DNA of 64,000 bases from Prorocentrum cordatum (lineage: Eukaryota), in contig CAUYUJ010000263.1 in assembly GCA_963575745.1 (NCBI GenBank), positions 1-64,000 of the forward strand. The letters run 5' to 3'. Of this stretch, positions 48,823 through 62,534 are shown piece after piece; positions within the stretch are counted from its first letter, which is position 1, and each line of letters starts with the position of its first letter. The notes beneath the pieces are model-generated. The model made no database searches and was not told where the DNA came from. It saw only the letters and a list, made by a program, of their open reading frames with translations. A program made the position numbers and the translations under genes.

Positions 48823-51690
48823 AGTTCTGCCGTGCTCCTTCGCTCACGGGGTCTATTCTGCAATGCTCGTTTTTTGTTGTGCCGTCCTCCTTCGCTCTAC
48901 GGGCCTATTATGCCATGCTCCTGGCCATTTTATGTCACAATCATTTGTTCTTGGGGCTTATGATGCTCTGCTCCTGGTCGTTTTCTGCCGTGCTCCTTAG
49001 CTCTTGGAGCATATTCTGCGGTGCTCCTTCGCTTTCGGGGTTTATTCTGCCGTGCTCCTTGTGTTTGTCTTGCATACTCCTTCTTCCTTGGGGCGTATTA
49101 TGCTGTAATCTTGCATCTATCTTGCCGTGCTCCTTAGCTCTCGCGGTCTATTATGCCGTGCTCCTGGTCACTGGTCGTGTTTTGCAATGCTCCTTCTTTC
49201 CTGGCGCCTATTCTGCCGTGCTCCTCAGCTCTTGGGGTCTATTCTGCCGTGCTCCTGTTGTTTTTCTGTCATGCTCCTTCGCTCTTGGGGCCTTTTCTGC
49301 CGTGCTCCTCAGCTCTTGGGGTCTATTCTGCCGTGCTCTTTGTTTTTTTTTCTGCCGTGCTCCTTCGCTCATGGGGCCTATCCTGCCGTGCTCCTGGTCT
49401 TTTTCTGCCGTGCTCCTTAGCTCTGGGGTCTATTCTGCTGTGGTCCTGGTCTTTTTCTGCCGTGCCCCTGAGCTCTGGGGGTCTATTATGCCGTGCTCCT
49501 GGTCATTTTCTGCCGTGCTTCTTCGCACTTGGGGCATCTTCTGCCGTGCTCCTTGTCTCTTGGGTTCTATTCTGCCGTGCTCCTCGTCTTTTTCTGGTTT
49601 GCTCCTTCGCTCTTCGGGCCTATTCTGCCGTGCTCCTGGTCTTTTCTGTCGTACTCCTTGGCTCCTCGGGCCTTTTCTGCTGTGGTCCTGGTCTTTTCTG
49701 CCGTCGTCCTTACGCCGTGCTCCTGGCCATTTTCTGCCGTGCTTCTCTTGGGGCATCTTGGGGCCTATTATGCCGTGCTCCTTAGCTCTTGGGGTCTATT
49801 CTGCCGTGCTCCTGGTTTTTTTTTTTCTGCCGTGCTCGGCAGCTCTTGGAGTCTATTCTGCCATGCTCCTGGTTTGTTTCCGACGTGCTCCTTCGCTCAT
49901 GGGGCCTATTCTGCTGTGCTCCTGGTCTTTGTCTGCCGTGCTCCTGCTTTTTTTCTGCCGTGCTCCTTCGCACTTGGGGCATATTCTGCCGTGTTCCTTG
50001 TCTCTTGGGTTCTATTCTGCTGTGCTCCTCGTCTTTTTCTGGTTTGCTCCTTCGCTCTTGGGGTCTATTTTCCCGCACTCCTTCAGCTCTCGGGGTCTAC
50101 TCTGGCGTGCTTCTGTTTTTTTTTCTGCCGTGCTCCTTCGCTCTTGGGGCCTATTCTGCCGTGCTCCTGGTCATTCTCTGCCGTGCTCCTTAGCTTTTGG
50201 GGTCTATTATGCCGTGCTCTTGGTCTTTCTCTGTCGTACTCCTTCGCACTTGAGGCATATCCAGCCCTGCTCCTTAGCTCATGGGGTATATTCTGCCGTG
50301 CTCCTGGTCTTTTTCTGCCGTGCTCCTTCGCTCTTGGGGCCTATTCTGCCGTGCTCCTGGTCTGTTTTTTTCTGCCTGCTCCTTAGCTCTTGAGGTCTAA
50401 TATGCCGTGGTCATGGTCTTTTTTTCTGCCGTGCCCCTGAGCTCTGGGGGTCTATTCTGCCGTGCTCCTGGTCATTTTCTGCCGTGCTTCTTCGCACTTG
50501 GGGCATCTTCTGCCGTGCTCCTTGTCTCTTGGGTTCTATTCTGCCGTGCTCCTCGTCGGTTTCTGGTTTGCTCCTTCGCTCTTCGGGCCTATTCTGCCGT
50601 GCTCCTGGTCTTTTCTGTCGTACTCCTTGGCTCCTCGGGCCTTTTCTGCTGTGGTTTCGGTCTTTTCTGCCGTCGTCCTTAGCTCTTGGGGCATCTTCTG
50701 CCGTGCTCCTAGTCTTTTTTTCTGGCGTCTTTTTCGCTCTCGGGGTCTATTATGCCGTGCTCCTTAGCTCTTGGGGTCTATTCTGCCGTGCTCCTGGTCT
50801 TTTTCTGCCGTGCTCGGCAGCTCTTGGAGTCTATTCTGCCATGCTCCTGGTTTGTTTCCGACGTGCTCCTTCGCTCATGGGGCCTATTCTGCTGTGCTCC
50901 TGGTCTTTGTCTGCCGTGCTCCTGTTTTTTTTCTGCCGTGCTCCTTCGCACTTGGGGCATATTCTGCCGTGTTCCTTGTCTCTTGGGTTCTATTCTGCTG
51001 TGCTCCTCGTCTTTTTCTGGTTTGCTCCTTCGCTCTTGGGGTCTATTTTCCCGCACTCCTTCAGCTCTCGGGGTCTACTCTGGCGTGCTTCTGTTTTTTT
51101 TCTGCCGTGCTCCTTCGCTCTTGGGGCCTATTCTGCCGTGCTCCTGGTCATTCTCTGCCGTGCTCCTTAGCTTTTGGGGTCTATCCTGCCGTGCTCCTGG
51201 TCTTTCTCTGCCGTACTCCTTCGCACTTGAGGCATATCCAGCCCTGCTCCTTAGCTCCTGGGGTCTATTCTGCCGTGCTCCTGGTCTTTTTCTGCCGTGC
51301 TCCTTCGCTCTTGGGGCCTAATCTGCCGTGCTCCTGGTCTTTTTCTGCCTGCTCCTTAGCTCTTGAGGTCTATTCTGCCGTGCTCCTGGTCATTTTCTGC
51401 CGTGCTCCTTAGCTTTTGGGGTGTATTCTGCCGTACTCATTTGCTCTTGGGGTCTATTCTGCCGTGTTCCTTGTCTTTCTCTGCCGTGCTCCTTCGCTCT
51501 TGGGGCCTATTCTGCCGTGCTCCTGATCTTTTTCTGCCGTGTGCGCCCAGAAGCTCTGCCAAAACGACCACCGCGACGATCCGCACGGCAGATACAGGAA
51601 CACGGCAGAACACACAGAGCACACAGAGGCACGGCAGAACACAGAAGCACGGCAGAACAGGAGCACGGCAGAACACACAGGAGCACAGCG
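48823..51690. repeat. TTCTGCCGTGCTCC minisatellite with a ~975-bp internal tandem duplication and inverted units at the right end
   Basis: Unique variants recur about 970-980 bp apart (GTGCCCCTGAGCTCTGGGGG at 49462 and 50431); GCACGGCAGAA units at 51600-51675. Confidence 0.85.
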
Positions 51691-51824
51691 AAACACACCC
51701 CGCACGCACGCCGACACGCGCGCCACGGCATACCTGCGCGGCATAACAACAACAGAGCATTTTCCACATGCTTGGTGGACTAAAGCGACGCTTCCCGTTC
51801 TTGTCCGGTCAGATTTCTTTTGCG

Positions 51825-53480
51825 AAAAATAACGAGTGGGAAGAGGGCCGGCGAATTAAATGTTGAGGATGTCTCGAGCGAAACGCTTGTTGTTCAGAAT
51901 TTGTTGAGGATGTCTCGAGCGAAACGCTTGTTTTGTGTTATAGATTGTCCTCTCCTGGGGACCAGAATTTAGAGGATCTCTCAAGTGAAATGCTTGGTTT
52001 CACGTGCCCAGGTCTTGAGGATATCTCGAGCGAGACGCTTGGTTTCACGCCTCCGGGTTGCCCAGGCAGAGGTCAAGCGCCAGGATTTGTTGAGGATGTC
52101 TCGAGCGAGACGCTTGGTTTCACGCGTCCTCGTCGCTCAGGCGGAAGTCTAGAATGAGGAGGTGTTGAGGAAGTCTCGATCGAGATGCTTGTTTGCACGT
52201 GTCCAGGTTGCCCAGGCGGATGCCTAGCATGAGAATGTGTTGAGAATGTCTCGAGAGATACGCTTGTTTTCACGTGTCCAGGTCGCCCAGGCGGATGTCT
52301 AACATGAAGATGTGTTGAGGATGTCTCGAGCGAGACGTTTGCTTTCACGTGTACAGGTCGCCAAGGCGGATGTCTAGAATGAGGAGGTGTTGAAATCGTC
52401 TCGAGCGAAACGCTTGTTTTCACGTGCCCAGGTCACCCAGGCGGACGTCTCACATGAAGATGTGTTAAGTATGTCTCGAGCGAGCTACTTGTTTTCACGT
52501 GTCCAGTTCGCCCAGGCGGATGCCTAGCATCAGAATGTGTTGAGGATGTGATGAGCGAAACGTTTGTTTTCACGTGTCCAGGTCGCTCAGGCGGATGTCT
52601 AGAATGAGGATGTTGACAGGATGTCTCGAGTGAAACGCTCGTCCCTAGCACGTTCCGTAGCGCGTCCCCTTGGCACGTCCCGCGGTGCGTCCCCATGGTA
52701 CGTCCCCTGGCATGTCGCCTGGCGCGTCCCTTGAGACGTTCCGCGGCGCGTCCTCCTGTCATGTCCCCCATGTCAATTAGCTCTGCGGCAGATACTATGT
52801 GCTCACGCAGCTCGAGCTTAAGATCCAGATCAGTTCGGTCAGGACTCGGATGCAAAGGAAGGCTCGATCCACGACGCTATAGAGCACAACCGCGGCATGG
52901 CACATCGCATTTCAGCACGGTGCAGCACAGCACAGCCCTCGTCACGGTACATCAAGATCGATACAATCAGCATTGCAACCTGGCACGTTCCGTGGAGCGT
53001 CCCTTGGCGCGTCCCCCTGGCACGTTGCGTGGCGCGTCCCCTGGCACATTCCGTGGCACATCCATTGGCACGTTCCGTAGCGCGTCCCCTTGGCACGTCC
53101 TACGGTGCGACCCCATGGCACGTCCCCTGGCACGTAGCCTGGCGCGTCCCTTGGGACGTTTCGCGGCGCGTCCTCCTGGCATGTCCCCCTGTCAATTAGC
53201 TCTGCGGCAGATACTATGTGTTCAAGCAGCTCGAGCCTAAGATCCAGATCAGTTCGGTCAGGACTCGGATGCAAAGGAAGACTCGATTCACGACGCTATA
53301 GAGCACAACCGCGGCATGGCACATCGCAATTCAGCACGGTGCAGCAAAGCACAGCCCTCGGCACGGTACATCAAGATCGATACAATCAATGCGCTTGCCC
53401 CTCACCCAATCAGGTGTCTTTGAAAGCGTTGCCATGCGTTACATTTCTATATTCCTTTCCGGGTTCGTGGGTCGATCATG
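51825..53480 (+). mobile_element. Variant (5'-truncated) member of the asymmetric-TIR family with different internal repeats
   Basis: Same GAGGATGTCTCGAGCGAAACGCTTG core expanded as ~74-bp units (52090-52640); ~420-bp duplication; ends CCTTTCCGGGTTCGTGGGTCGATCATG|TTT. Confidence 0.65.
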
Positions 53481-56400
53481 TTTGGAAGCGCCTATGTGGC
53501 CGAACGTTGAGGCCAGACTTGCCAAGCTATTGGACCATGTGTTCCCCGAATCGGTTTGGAAAGCCTTCGGGGAACACGTGGGCATCTTGAAGGTCATCTT
53601 GGCCGCCTGGAGGCCACTTTGACCCTTTCGGGCCGTCTTGGAGGACGTCTTGGAGGGCTCTTGGGCCGTCTTGGAGGCCATCTTGAGCGTCGTGGAGGCC
53701 TCTTGGGCCGTCTTGGGAGCCTCTTGGGGCCGTATTGGGCCTCTTGAGCGGTCTTTTGGGGCCGTCTCGGGCCGTCGGAAGGCAGAGAAAAAGCGAATGC
53801 CACAATCCTTCAAGAACACATATGAAATCAATGATTTGGGCCTCTTTCGGGCTTTCCTGGAGGCCCTCTTGGAGGCCTCTTGGGCCGTCTTGGGCCATCT
53901 TAGGGCCATCTTCGGCCGTCTTGGTGGGCTCCTGGCCCGTCTGACGCCGTCGGAAGCCGTTTGGGCGGCCTCTCTGAGCTGACTTGGGGCCCTCTTGAAA
54001 TGCTCCAGGGCCGTCCAGGAGGCCATCTTGGGCGTCTTAAAAGCCTCCTGGGCCGTCTTGGGGGCCTCTTGGGGCCGTATTGGGGGCCTCTTGGGCCGTT
54101 CTGGGGCCATCTTGGAGGCCTCTTGGGCGCTCTGTGGGCGATCTTTGGGGGCTCTTGGGCCGTCTCGGGCCGTCGGAAGGCCGAAAAGAAGCAAACGTCA
54201 AAATCCGTCAAAAACCTACGGAACATCACTCTTTTTGGCCTCTTCTGGCCTTCCTGGGGGCCCTCTTGGAGGCCTCTTGGACCGTCTTGGGCCAGCTTCG
54301 AGCCAACTTCGGCTATCCTGGTGGGTTCCTGGCCCGTCTGAGGCCGTCGGAAGCCGTTTGGGGGGCCTCTCTGGGCCGACCAGGGGTCCTCTTGGGGTAA
54401 TCCAGGGCCGTCGTAGAGGCCATCCTGGGCGTCTTGGATGCCTCTTGGGCCGTCTTGGGGCTCTCTTGGGGCCGTCTTAAAAACGTCTTGGGCCGTCATG
54501 GGGCTATTTTGGAGGCCTCTTGGTTGATCTCGGGGCGATCTTGGGGGTCTCTTGGGCCCTCTGGGGCTGTCGGAAAGCCGAAAAGGCGCAAATGCCCAAA
54601 TCCGTCAAACACCTAAGGCAAATCAATGAATGTGCCTCGTCGGGTCGTCCTGGAGAACCTCTTGGAGACCTCTTGGGCCGTCTTGGAGGCCTCTTTGGGG
54701 CCTCTTGGGCAATCTTCCAGGTATCTCAGGCCGTCTAGGGTACATTTTGGGCCGTCTTGGAGGCATCTTGGGGCCATCTCAGCCGTCTTGGAGGCCATCT
54801 TGGTCGCTTTGGAGGCATCTTTGAGGCCATCTTGGGCCATCTTGGCCGTCTTGGAGGCCATCTTGGGCGTCTTGGAGGCATCTTGGAGGCCATCTTGCGC
54901 CGTCTGGGAAGCCATCTTGGGCGTCTTGGAGGCCTCTGGAACGATCTTGGGGCGACATTGGGGGCCTCTTGGGCCGTCTTGGGCCGTTGGAAAGCCGAAA
55001 AGGCCCACATGCCCAAATCGTTGAACAAAAAACCTTGAGAATGAATTATCCTGGCGAAGGACCCGACCAGATGCAGTTGTGGGTACCGCAATTGTGAAAA
55101 TCTTCTTCGGTGAAACTCTATGGGGCCACGACGCGTTGCACTGGGTGGGGGGGAACGCTGTTCTGGGTGAGTGGTGTGTCAAGTCAGGTTTCCGGGGCGC
55201 ATGCGGACGGTCCCACTGGGGGCTTCGGTGGAGCTCCCTATGGGGCCACGAAACGTTGTACTGGGTAAGTGAAAATGCCAAATTGGGCTTCCGGGACGCA
55301 TGCGGACGGTCCCACTGGAGGCTTCGGTGGAACTCCCTATGGGGCCACGAAGCGTTGTATTGGGTGGGTGAAAATGTCAAATTGGGCTTCCGAGGCGCAT
55401 GCGGACGGTCCCACTGGGGGCTTCGGTGGAGCTCGCTAAGGGGCCACGAAACGCTGTACTGAGTGGGGGGGACGCATGCGGACGGTGGCACTGGGGCCTT
55501 CGGTGGAGTTCCCTACAAGGCCACGAAATTCTGGACTGGGTGCGTGAAAATGCCACAATGGGTGCTTCGGGACGCTTGTGGACGGTCCCGCTGGGGCCTT
55601 CGGTGGAGCTCCCTGTGGGGCCACGAAACGCAGCACTGGGTGTGTGAAAATGCCACACTGGGTGTGCGGGACGCATGCGGACGGTGGCATTGGGGCCTTC
55701 GGTGGAGCTCCCTGTGGGGCCACGAAACGCTGTAATGGGTTGGCGAAGATGCCAAATTGGGTGTTTCAGGACGCACTCGGACGGTCCCACTGGGGGCTTC
55801 GGTGGAGCTCCCTATGGGGCCACGAAGCGCTGTACTGAGTGGGGGGACGCATGTGGACCGTAGCGCTGTGACCTTCGGTGGAGCTCCCTATGGGGCCACG
55901 AAGCGCTGTACTGAGTGGGGGGGACGCATGTGGACGGTGGCACTGGGGGCCTTCGGTAGAGCTCCCTATGGGGCCACGAAGCGCTGTACTGACTGGAGGG
56001 ACGCATGTGGACGGTGGCACTGTGGCCTTTGGTGGAGCCCCCTATGGGGCCACGAAGCGCTGTACTGAGTGGGGGGGGCGCATGTGGACGGTGGCACTGG
56101 GGGCTTTCGGTGGAGCTCCCTATGGGGCCACGAAGCGCTGTACTGACTGGGGGGACGCATGTGGACGGTGGCACTGTGGCCTTTGGTGGAGCTCCCTATG
56201 GGGCCACGAAGCGCTGCACTGAGTGGGGGGGACGCATGTGGACGGTGGCACTGGGGCCTTCGGTGGAGCTCCCTATGGGGCCCCGAAACGCTGTACTGAG
56301 TGGGGGGGGGCCCGAAAAGCTGTACTGAGTGGGGGGGACACATGTGGACGGTAGCGCTGTGACCTTTGCTGGAGCTCCCTATGGGGCCACGAAACGCTGT

Positions 56401-59400
56401 GACGAGTGGGGGGGGGGGCGCATGTGGACGGTGGCACTGGGGCCTTCGGTGGAGCTCCCTTATGGGGCCACGAAGCGCTGTACTGAGTGGGAGGAAGCGT
56501 GTGGACGGTGGCACTGGGGCCTTCGGTGGAGCTCCCTATGGGGCCACAAAGCCTGTACGAAGCGCTGGTAGGGGGGACGCATGGGGGACGCACGTGGACG
56601 GTGGCACTGGGGCCTTCGTGGAGATCCCTGTGGGGCCACGCAACGCTGTACTGAGTGGGGGGACGCATGTGGACGGTAGCACTGGACCTTCGGTGGGCTC
56701 CCTATGGGGCCACGAAACGCTGTACTGAGTTGGGGGGACGCATGTGGACGGTGGCACTGGGGCCTTCGGTGGAGCTCCCTATGGGGCCACGAAGCGCTGT
56801 ACTGAGTGGGGGGGGACGCATGTGGACGGTGGCACTGGGGCCTTCGGTGGAGCTCCTTATGGGGCCACGAAGCGCTGTACTGAGTGGGGGGGCGCATGTG
56901 GACGGTGGCACTGGGGCCTTCGGTGGAGCTCCCTATGGGGCCACGAAACGCTGTACAGAGTGGGGGGGACGCATGTGGACGGTGGCACTGGGGCCTTCGG
57001 TGGAGCTCCCTATGGGGCCACGAAACGCTGTACTGAGTGGGGGGGGGCGCATGTGGACGGTGGCACTGGGGCCTTCGGTGGAGCTCCCTATGGGGCCACG
57101 AAGCGCTGTATTGAGTGGGGCCGCATGGAGCTCCCTATGGACGGTGGCACTGGAAGCGCTTCGGTGGAGCTCCCTATGGGCCACGAACGCTGTACTGAGT
57201 GGGGGGGACGCATGTGGACGGTGGCACTGGGGCCTTCGGTGGAGCTCCCTATGGGGCCACGAAACGCTGTACTGAGTGGGGGGGACGCATGTGGACGGTG
57301 GCACTGGGGCCTTCGGTGGAGCTCCCTATGGGGCCACGAAACGCTGTACTGAGTGGGGGGGACGCATGTGGACGGTGGCACTGGGGCCTTCGGTGGAGCT
57401 CCCTATGGGGCCACGAAACGCTGTACTGAGTGGGGGGGACGCATGTGGACGGTGGCACTGGGGCCTTCGCTGGAGCTCCCTATGGGGCTACGAAGCGCTG
57501 TACTGGGTGGGTGAAACGCAAGGAAGAGGGGGAGGAGGGAGGAGGAGGAGAGAAGAGGAGGAGGAGGAGGAGGAGGAGGAGGAGGAGGTGGAGGAGGAGA
57601 ACGCGGGGACCGTCTCTTCAAAACGAGGACCCAACAACACAGGTTGGTTGGGAATGAGTTTGGCCTCTTCGGGCTTTCCTGGTGGACCTCTTGGAGGCCT
57701 CTTGGGCCGTTTTGGAGGCCTCTTGGGCCGTTTGGGGCCATGTTGAGGCTATCTTAGGCAGTGTTGAGTGCATCTTGGCTCGTCTTGGAGGCATATTGGA
57801 GCCATCTTAGCCGTCTTGCAAGCCATCTTGGCCATCTTGTATGCCTCTTGGAGACCATCTTGGGCCGTCTTGGAGCCGTCTGGAGCAGAAAAAACATTTG
57901 TAACCGGGTTTTCGGCAATCTCCCGGGACCTTGGTGGGACGGGCCGAAGCCCCAGGGGGGGTTCTACCGAGAAGGTCTAGCACGCCAGGCGCCCCTGTGA
58001 TGAATCGACTGGGGACGGCGGATCGAAGACGCTTACGGCGAATCACCGCCGCCCCCTACCTTTTTGGAAGCGCCTATGTGGCCGAACGTTGAGGCCAGAC
58101 CTGCCAAGCTATCGGACCATGTGTTCCCCGAATCGGTTTGGAAAGCCTTCGGGGAACACGTGGGCATCATGAAGGTCATCTTGGCCGTCTGGATGCCATT
58201 TTGACCCTTTCGGGCCTTCTTGGAGGACGTCTTGGAGGGCTCTTGGGCCGTCTTGGAGGCCATCTTGAGCGTCTTGGAGACCTCTTGGGCCGTCTTGGGG
58301 GCCTCTTGGGGCCGTGTCTTGGGCCTCTTGGGCGATCTTTGAGGGCATTTGGGCCGTCTCGGGCCGTCGGAAGGCAGAAGAAAAGCGAATGCCACAATCC
58401 TTCAAGAACACATAGGACATCAATGATTGTTGCCTTTTCGGGCCTTCCTGGAGGCCCTCTTGGAGGCCTCTTGGGCCGTCTTGGGCCATCATAGGGCCAT
58501 GTTCGGCCGTCTTGGTGGGCTCCTGGTCCGTCTGACGCCGTCGGAAGCCGTTTGGGGGGCTTCTATGGGCCGACTTGGGGCCCTCTTGGAATGCTCCAGG
58601 GCCGTCTTGGAGGCCATCTTGGGCGTCTTGAAGGCCTCCTGTGCCGTCTTGGCCATCTTGGAGGCCTCTTGGGCGACCTTTCGGTGATCTTTGGGGGCTC
58701 TTGGGCCGTCTCGGGCCGTCGGACGGCCGAAAAGAAGCAAATGTCAAAATCCGTCAAAAACCTCAGGAAGATCAATGTTTTTGGCCTCTTCTGGCCTTCC
58801 TGGGGACCCTCTTGGGGGCCTCTGGGGCCCTTTTGGGCCAGCTTCGAGCCAACTTCAGCCATCTTGGTGGGTTCCTGGCGCGTCTGACGCCGTCGGGAGC
58901 CGTCTTGGGGGCCTTTCTGGGCCAACGGGGTCTTGGGGCGCTTCGGGACCGTCTTGGAGGCGATCTTGGGCGTCTTGGAGGCCATCTTGGGCGTGTTGGA
59001 GGCCTCTTGGGCCGTTTTGGGGCCCTCTTGGGGCCATCTTGGAGGCCACTTGGGCCGTCATGGGGCCCTCTTGGGGGCCTCTTGGGCGATCTTGGGGGCC
59101 TCTTGGGCCGTCTTGAGTCGTCGGAATACCGAGAAGAAGCAAATTCCAAAATCCTTCAAAAACCTTAAGAAAATCAATGATGTTGGCCTCCTCGGGCCCT
59201 CCTGCAGAACCTCTCGACAGGCTCTTGGGCTGTCCTTGAGGCCTCTCAGGGGCCCCTTGGGCCGCCTTGGGCCATCTTGAGGCTATCTTAGGCCGTCTTG
59301 GGTACATCTTGGCCCGTCTTGGAGGCATCTTAAAGCCATTTTAGCCGTCTTGGAGGCCATCCTGGCCGTCTTGGAGGCATCTTGGAGGCCATCTTGGAGC

Positions 59401-61200
59401 CGTCCGGGGCAGGAAATTGGGGAATTGAGGTCCTTGGCAATCCTCCCGGGACCCCGGCGGGACGCGCCGGAGCCCCAGGGGGAGTTCTTTTGGAAAAAGA
59501 ACCAAAACCAAGATTCATATGGTCTGGCACGCCAGGCACCCCTTTGATAAATCAAAAGGGGGCGGCGGATCGAAGACGCCTACGGCGAATCACCGCCGCC
59601 CCCTGCCTTTGTGGAAGCGCCTATGTGGCCGAACGTCCAGACCTGCCAGGCCATCGGACCATTTGTTCCCCGAATCGGTTTGGAAAGCCTTCGGGGAACA
59701 CGTGGGCATCTTGAAGGTCATCTTGGCCGTCTTGGAGGCCTCTTGGGCGATCTTTCGGCGATCTTTGCGGGCTCTTGGGCCGTCTCGGGCCGTCGGAAGG
59801 CCGAAAATAAGAAAATGTCAAAATCCGTCAAAAACCTAAGGAAGATCAATGTTTTTGGCCTCTTCTGGCCTTCCTGGAGGCCCTCTTGGGGGCCTCTTGG
59901 GCCCTTTTGGGCCAGCTTCGAGCCAACTTCGGCCATCTTGGTGGGTTCCTGGCACGTCTGACGCCGTCGGGAGCAGTCTCGGGGGCCTTTCTGGGCCAAC
60001 GGGGGACCCTCTTGGGGCGCTTCGGGGCCGTCTTGGAGGCCATCTTGGGCGTCTTGGAGGCCATCTTGGGCTTGTTGGAGGTCTCTTGGGGCCGTCTTGG
60101 GGCCATCTTGGAGGCCATTTGGGCCGTCATGGGGCCCTCTTGGGGGCCTTTTGGGCGATCTTGGGGGCTCTTGGGCCGTCTTGAGCCGTCGGAATGCCGA
60201 GAAGAAGCAAACTCCAAAATCCTTCAAAAACTTAGGGAAAATCAATGATTTTGGCCTCTTCGGGCCCTCCTGGAGGACCTCTTGGAGGCCTCTTGGGCCG
60301 TCTGGGAGGCCTCTGGGGGGCCTCTTGGGCCGTCTTGGGCCATCTTGGACTCTCTTGGGCCGTCTTGGAGGCCGCCTTGGACCATCTTGGGCGGACTTGG
60401 AGGCCATCTTGGAGGCCATCTTGGCCATCTTGGAGGCCATCTTGGAGCCGTCTTGGGCAGCAAAGTAGGGAATGGAGGTCCGTGGAAAAAAATCCCGGGA
60501 CCCCGGCGGGACGGGCCGAAACCCACTGGGAGAGTTCTTCTGGAAAAAGAACCAAAACCAAAACCGAGAGGATCTAGCACGCCAGGCACCCCTGCGATGA
60601 ATCGACACGGGGCGGCGGATCCTGGTGGCCTTCGGCCCATCCCGCCACCGTGCCTGGGCTGTGGATATGAAGCCACTTGTATATGTGTTTGGGTGTCGTG
60701 GGGAGCCTCTCTGGGGCCTCAGGGAGGCGGCTTGGGCGCCTCATGAGGGCCTCTGGGGGTCTCGCGGGGCATCTTGTGGGGATCTTGGAGGCCTCTTGGG
60801 CGCGTCTTGGGCGCCTCTTGGGGCCTCTCGGGGACTTTTGGCGGCCTCTTGAGGCTTCCTGGGGGAATCCCGGGGCGCAAATTTAAGAAATGTCGGTTCG
60901 TGGTCCCCTCTTGGAGCCGTCTTGGGGCCCTCTTGGGCCATATTGAGCGCTTCTTGGGCAATCTTGGAGCCCTCGTGGGCCGTCTTGGCTCTTGGGCTGT
61001 CTTAGGGCGGTCTTGGGAGCTTCTTGAGCCGACTTGGAGCGTCGGAAAGCCGAAACTGCAAGAAGGCCAACTGTTTCAAAAAAACAGCTGTAAAATCTGC
61101 GATGTTGGCCTCTTGCGGCTCTCTCGGGGGGCCTCTTGGAGCGCTCTTGGGGCCTCCTGGGGCGTTTTTGGGCCGTCTTGGAACCATCTTCCGGCGCATT
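53481..61200 (+). repeat. Head-to-tail units of a CTTGGGCCGT/CTTGGAGGC-rich element with a structured GC-rich end
   Basis: TGGAAGCGCCTATGTGGCCGAACG restarts at ~53483, 58065 and 59612; CT(A/G)GCACGCCAGGC...GGCGGATC ends at ~57977-58060, 59524-59610 and 60575-60655. Confidence 0.75.
55045..57654 (+). mobile_element. 77-bp-satellite element with a (GAG)n tract and 3' hairpin, inserted in the CTTGG-rich element
   Basis: CCACGA recurs at 57257, 57334 and 57411 (period 77); terminal CCCAACAAC-ACAG-GTTGGTTGGG at 57630-57652; the host repeat resumes at ~57655. Confidence 0.75.
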
Positions 61201-62534
61201 GGAGCTTGTGTGGCTTCGGCAGAGTGAACGCGGCGTAATATGCAAGGGTTCATGGCCTCGGGGACGCGAGCCTTGTGTCATTCACGCGTGTTTGTTGCCT
61301 CGGGGACGCAACACTTGCGTAATTTGCGAGGGTGAATGGCCTCGGGGACGCGACTATTGTTCAATCTACACGGGATTATGGCCTCGGGGGCGCGATCATG
61401 TATTTGCACGTGTCCCACGCCCACCCATGAATTCAGAGAGCGCGATTCGGGCGTGGTAAATTGCTGGTTTGGCCCCCCCCCTCGCGCGGATTTAAACAAA
61501 CAGTGTACAATAGGAAGAAAAACAAGACTGTAACATTGGAGAGTTGAAACTGCAACTGGCGCGGGGAGCAAGCCTAAGCCTCGCAGCCGAATGGCCCCGC
61601 AAGATTCCCCTTCTTCCCTCGCCCTTCCTCCTTCCAGTGTCACTCCCTTCGCATCACTCCTGGAATTCGTCTTCCGTTGTCCGCGTGCCCCTCCCTCCCC
61701 AAAAACTTTCACGCTCCTCCCTCTCCCCGTGGATTATTCCAGGCCGATCCCTCTTCCTCCCCAGATGTTTCCAGACCCCCCCCCCTGGATTTCATCCAGA
61801 TTATGGCAGAATCGGCCAGGTCGCGGGCTTCCAAATTCCTTCCGATTTGGCCAGGTCCGTCCAGATTCCTTCGGATTCTTCAGGGTCCTCCAGATTTCTC
61901 GCGCATTCGCCCTGATTCTGTGCCAGATTCCCCCAGATCGCTGGCGTCCAGATTCTGCCACATCCGTACAGATCCGTCCAGCTATTGCCGAATTCGTGTA
62001 GATTCCGCCCAATTCCTCCAGATCGCCTTCGTCCAGATCCTGCCCTGTTTTTTCAGATGTCGCCAAGCTTTTCCAGATAGTGACACGTCCGTCGCCCTCA
62101 TGTTTCGATTTTTATTTCATCTCGCATGATAACTGCAAACGTTATGTGTGGTCACGCAAGCGACGGGATCGTGCGCGGTACCTATGCACTCATTTGGCGG
62201 CGCGAATGTGTGGAGAAGAATACGGAGGACGTGAACGAAGAGGTGGATGAGGAGAACCATCCCCATCAGCATCGCCCGTATACTCACGACGATGATGGAC
62301 AGACGGAAGAAGGGGAACAGAAGGGAGAGGATGAGGATGGGGAGGTTGACGACGACGAGGACGCACGCGACAAGGAGGACACTCGGCGCGCTGTTCCTGC
62401 GCTATGTTGCGCGGTCCTCTCCGTTGAGACTCGGCCCGGCGGTTCATGCGGCGATGGCTTTTCAGCCACGGGTCATTCGGGTTTCTCTGCCTCTCCTATC
62501 GTCTCCTTCCCCTCCCCTGGCCCCGTGTCTTCAC

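Noticed and set aside
48879..50393. 504-aa hydrophobic, membrane-protein-like ORF
   Set aside because: Product of the TTCTGCCGTGCTCC minisatellite.
51865..52640. CRISPR-like recurrence of GAGGATGTCTCGAGCGAAACGCTTG
   Set aside because: The intervening sequences are homologous to each other rather than unique spacers, there are no cas genes, and the context is eukaryotic.
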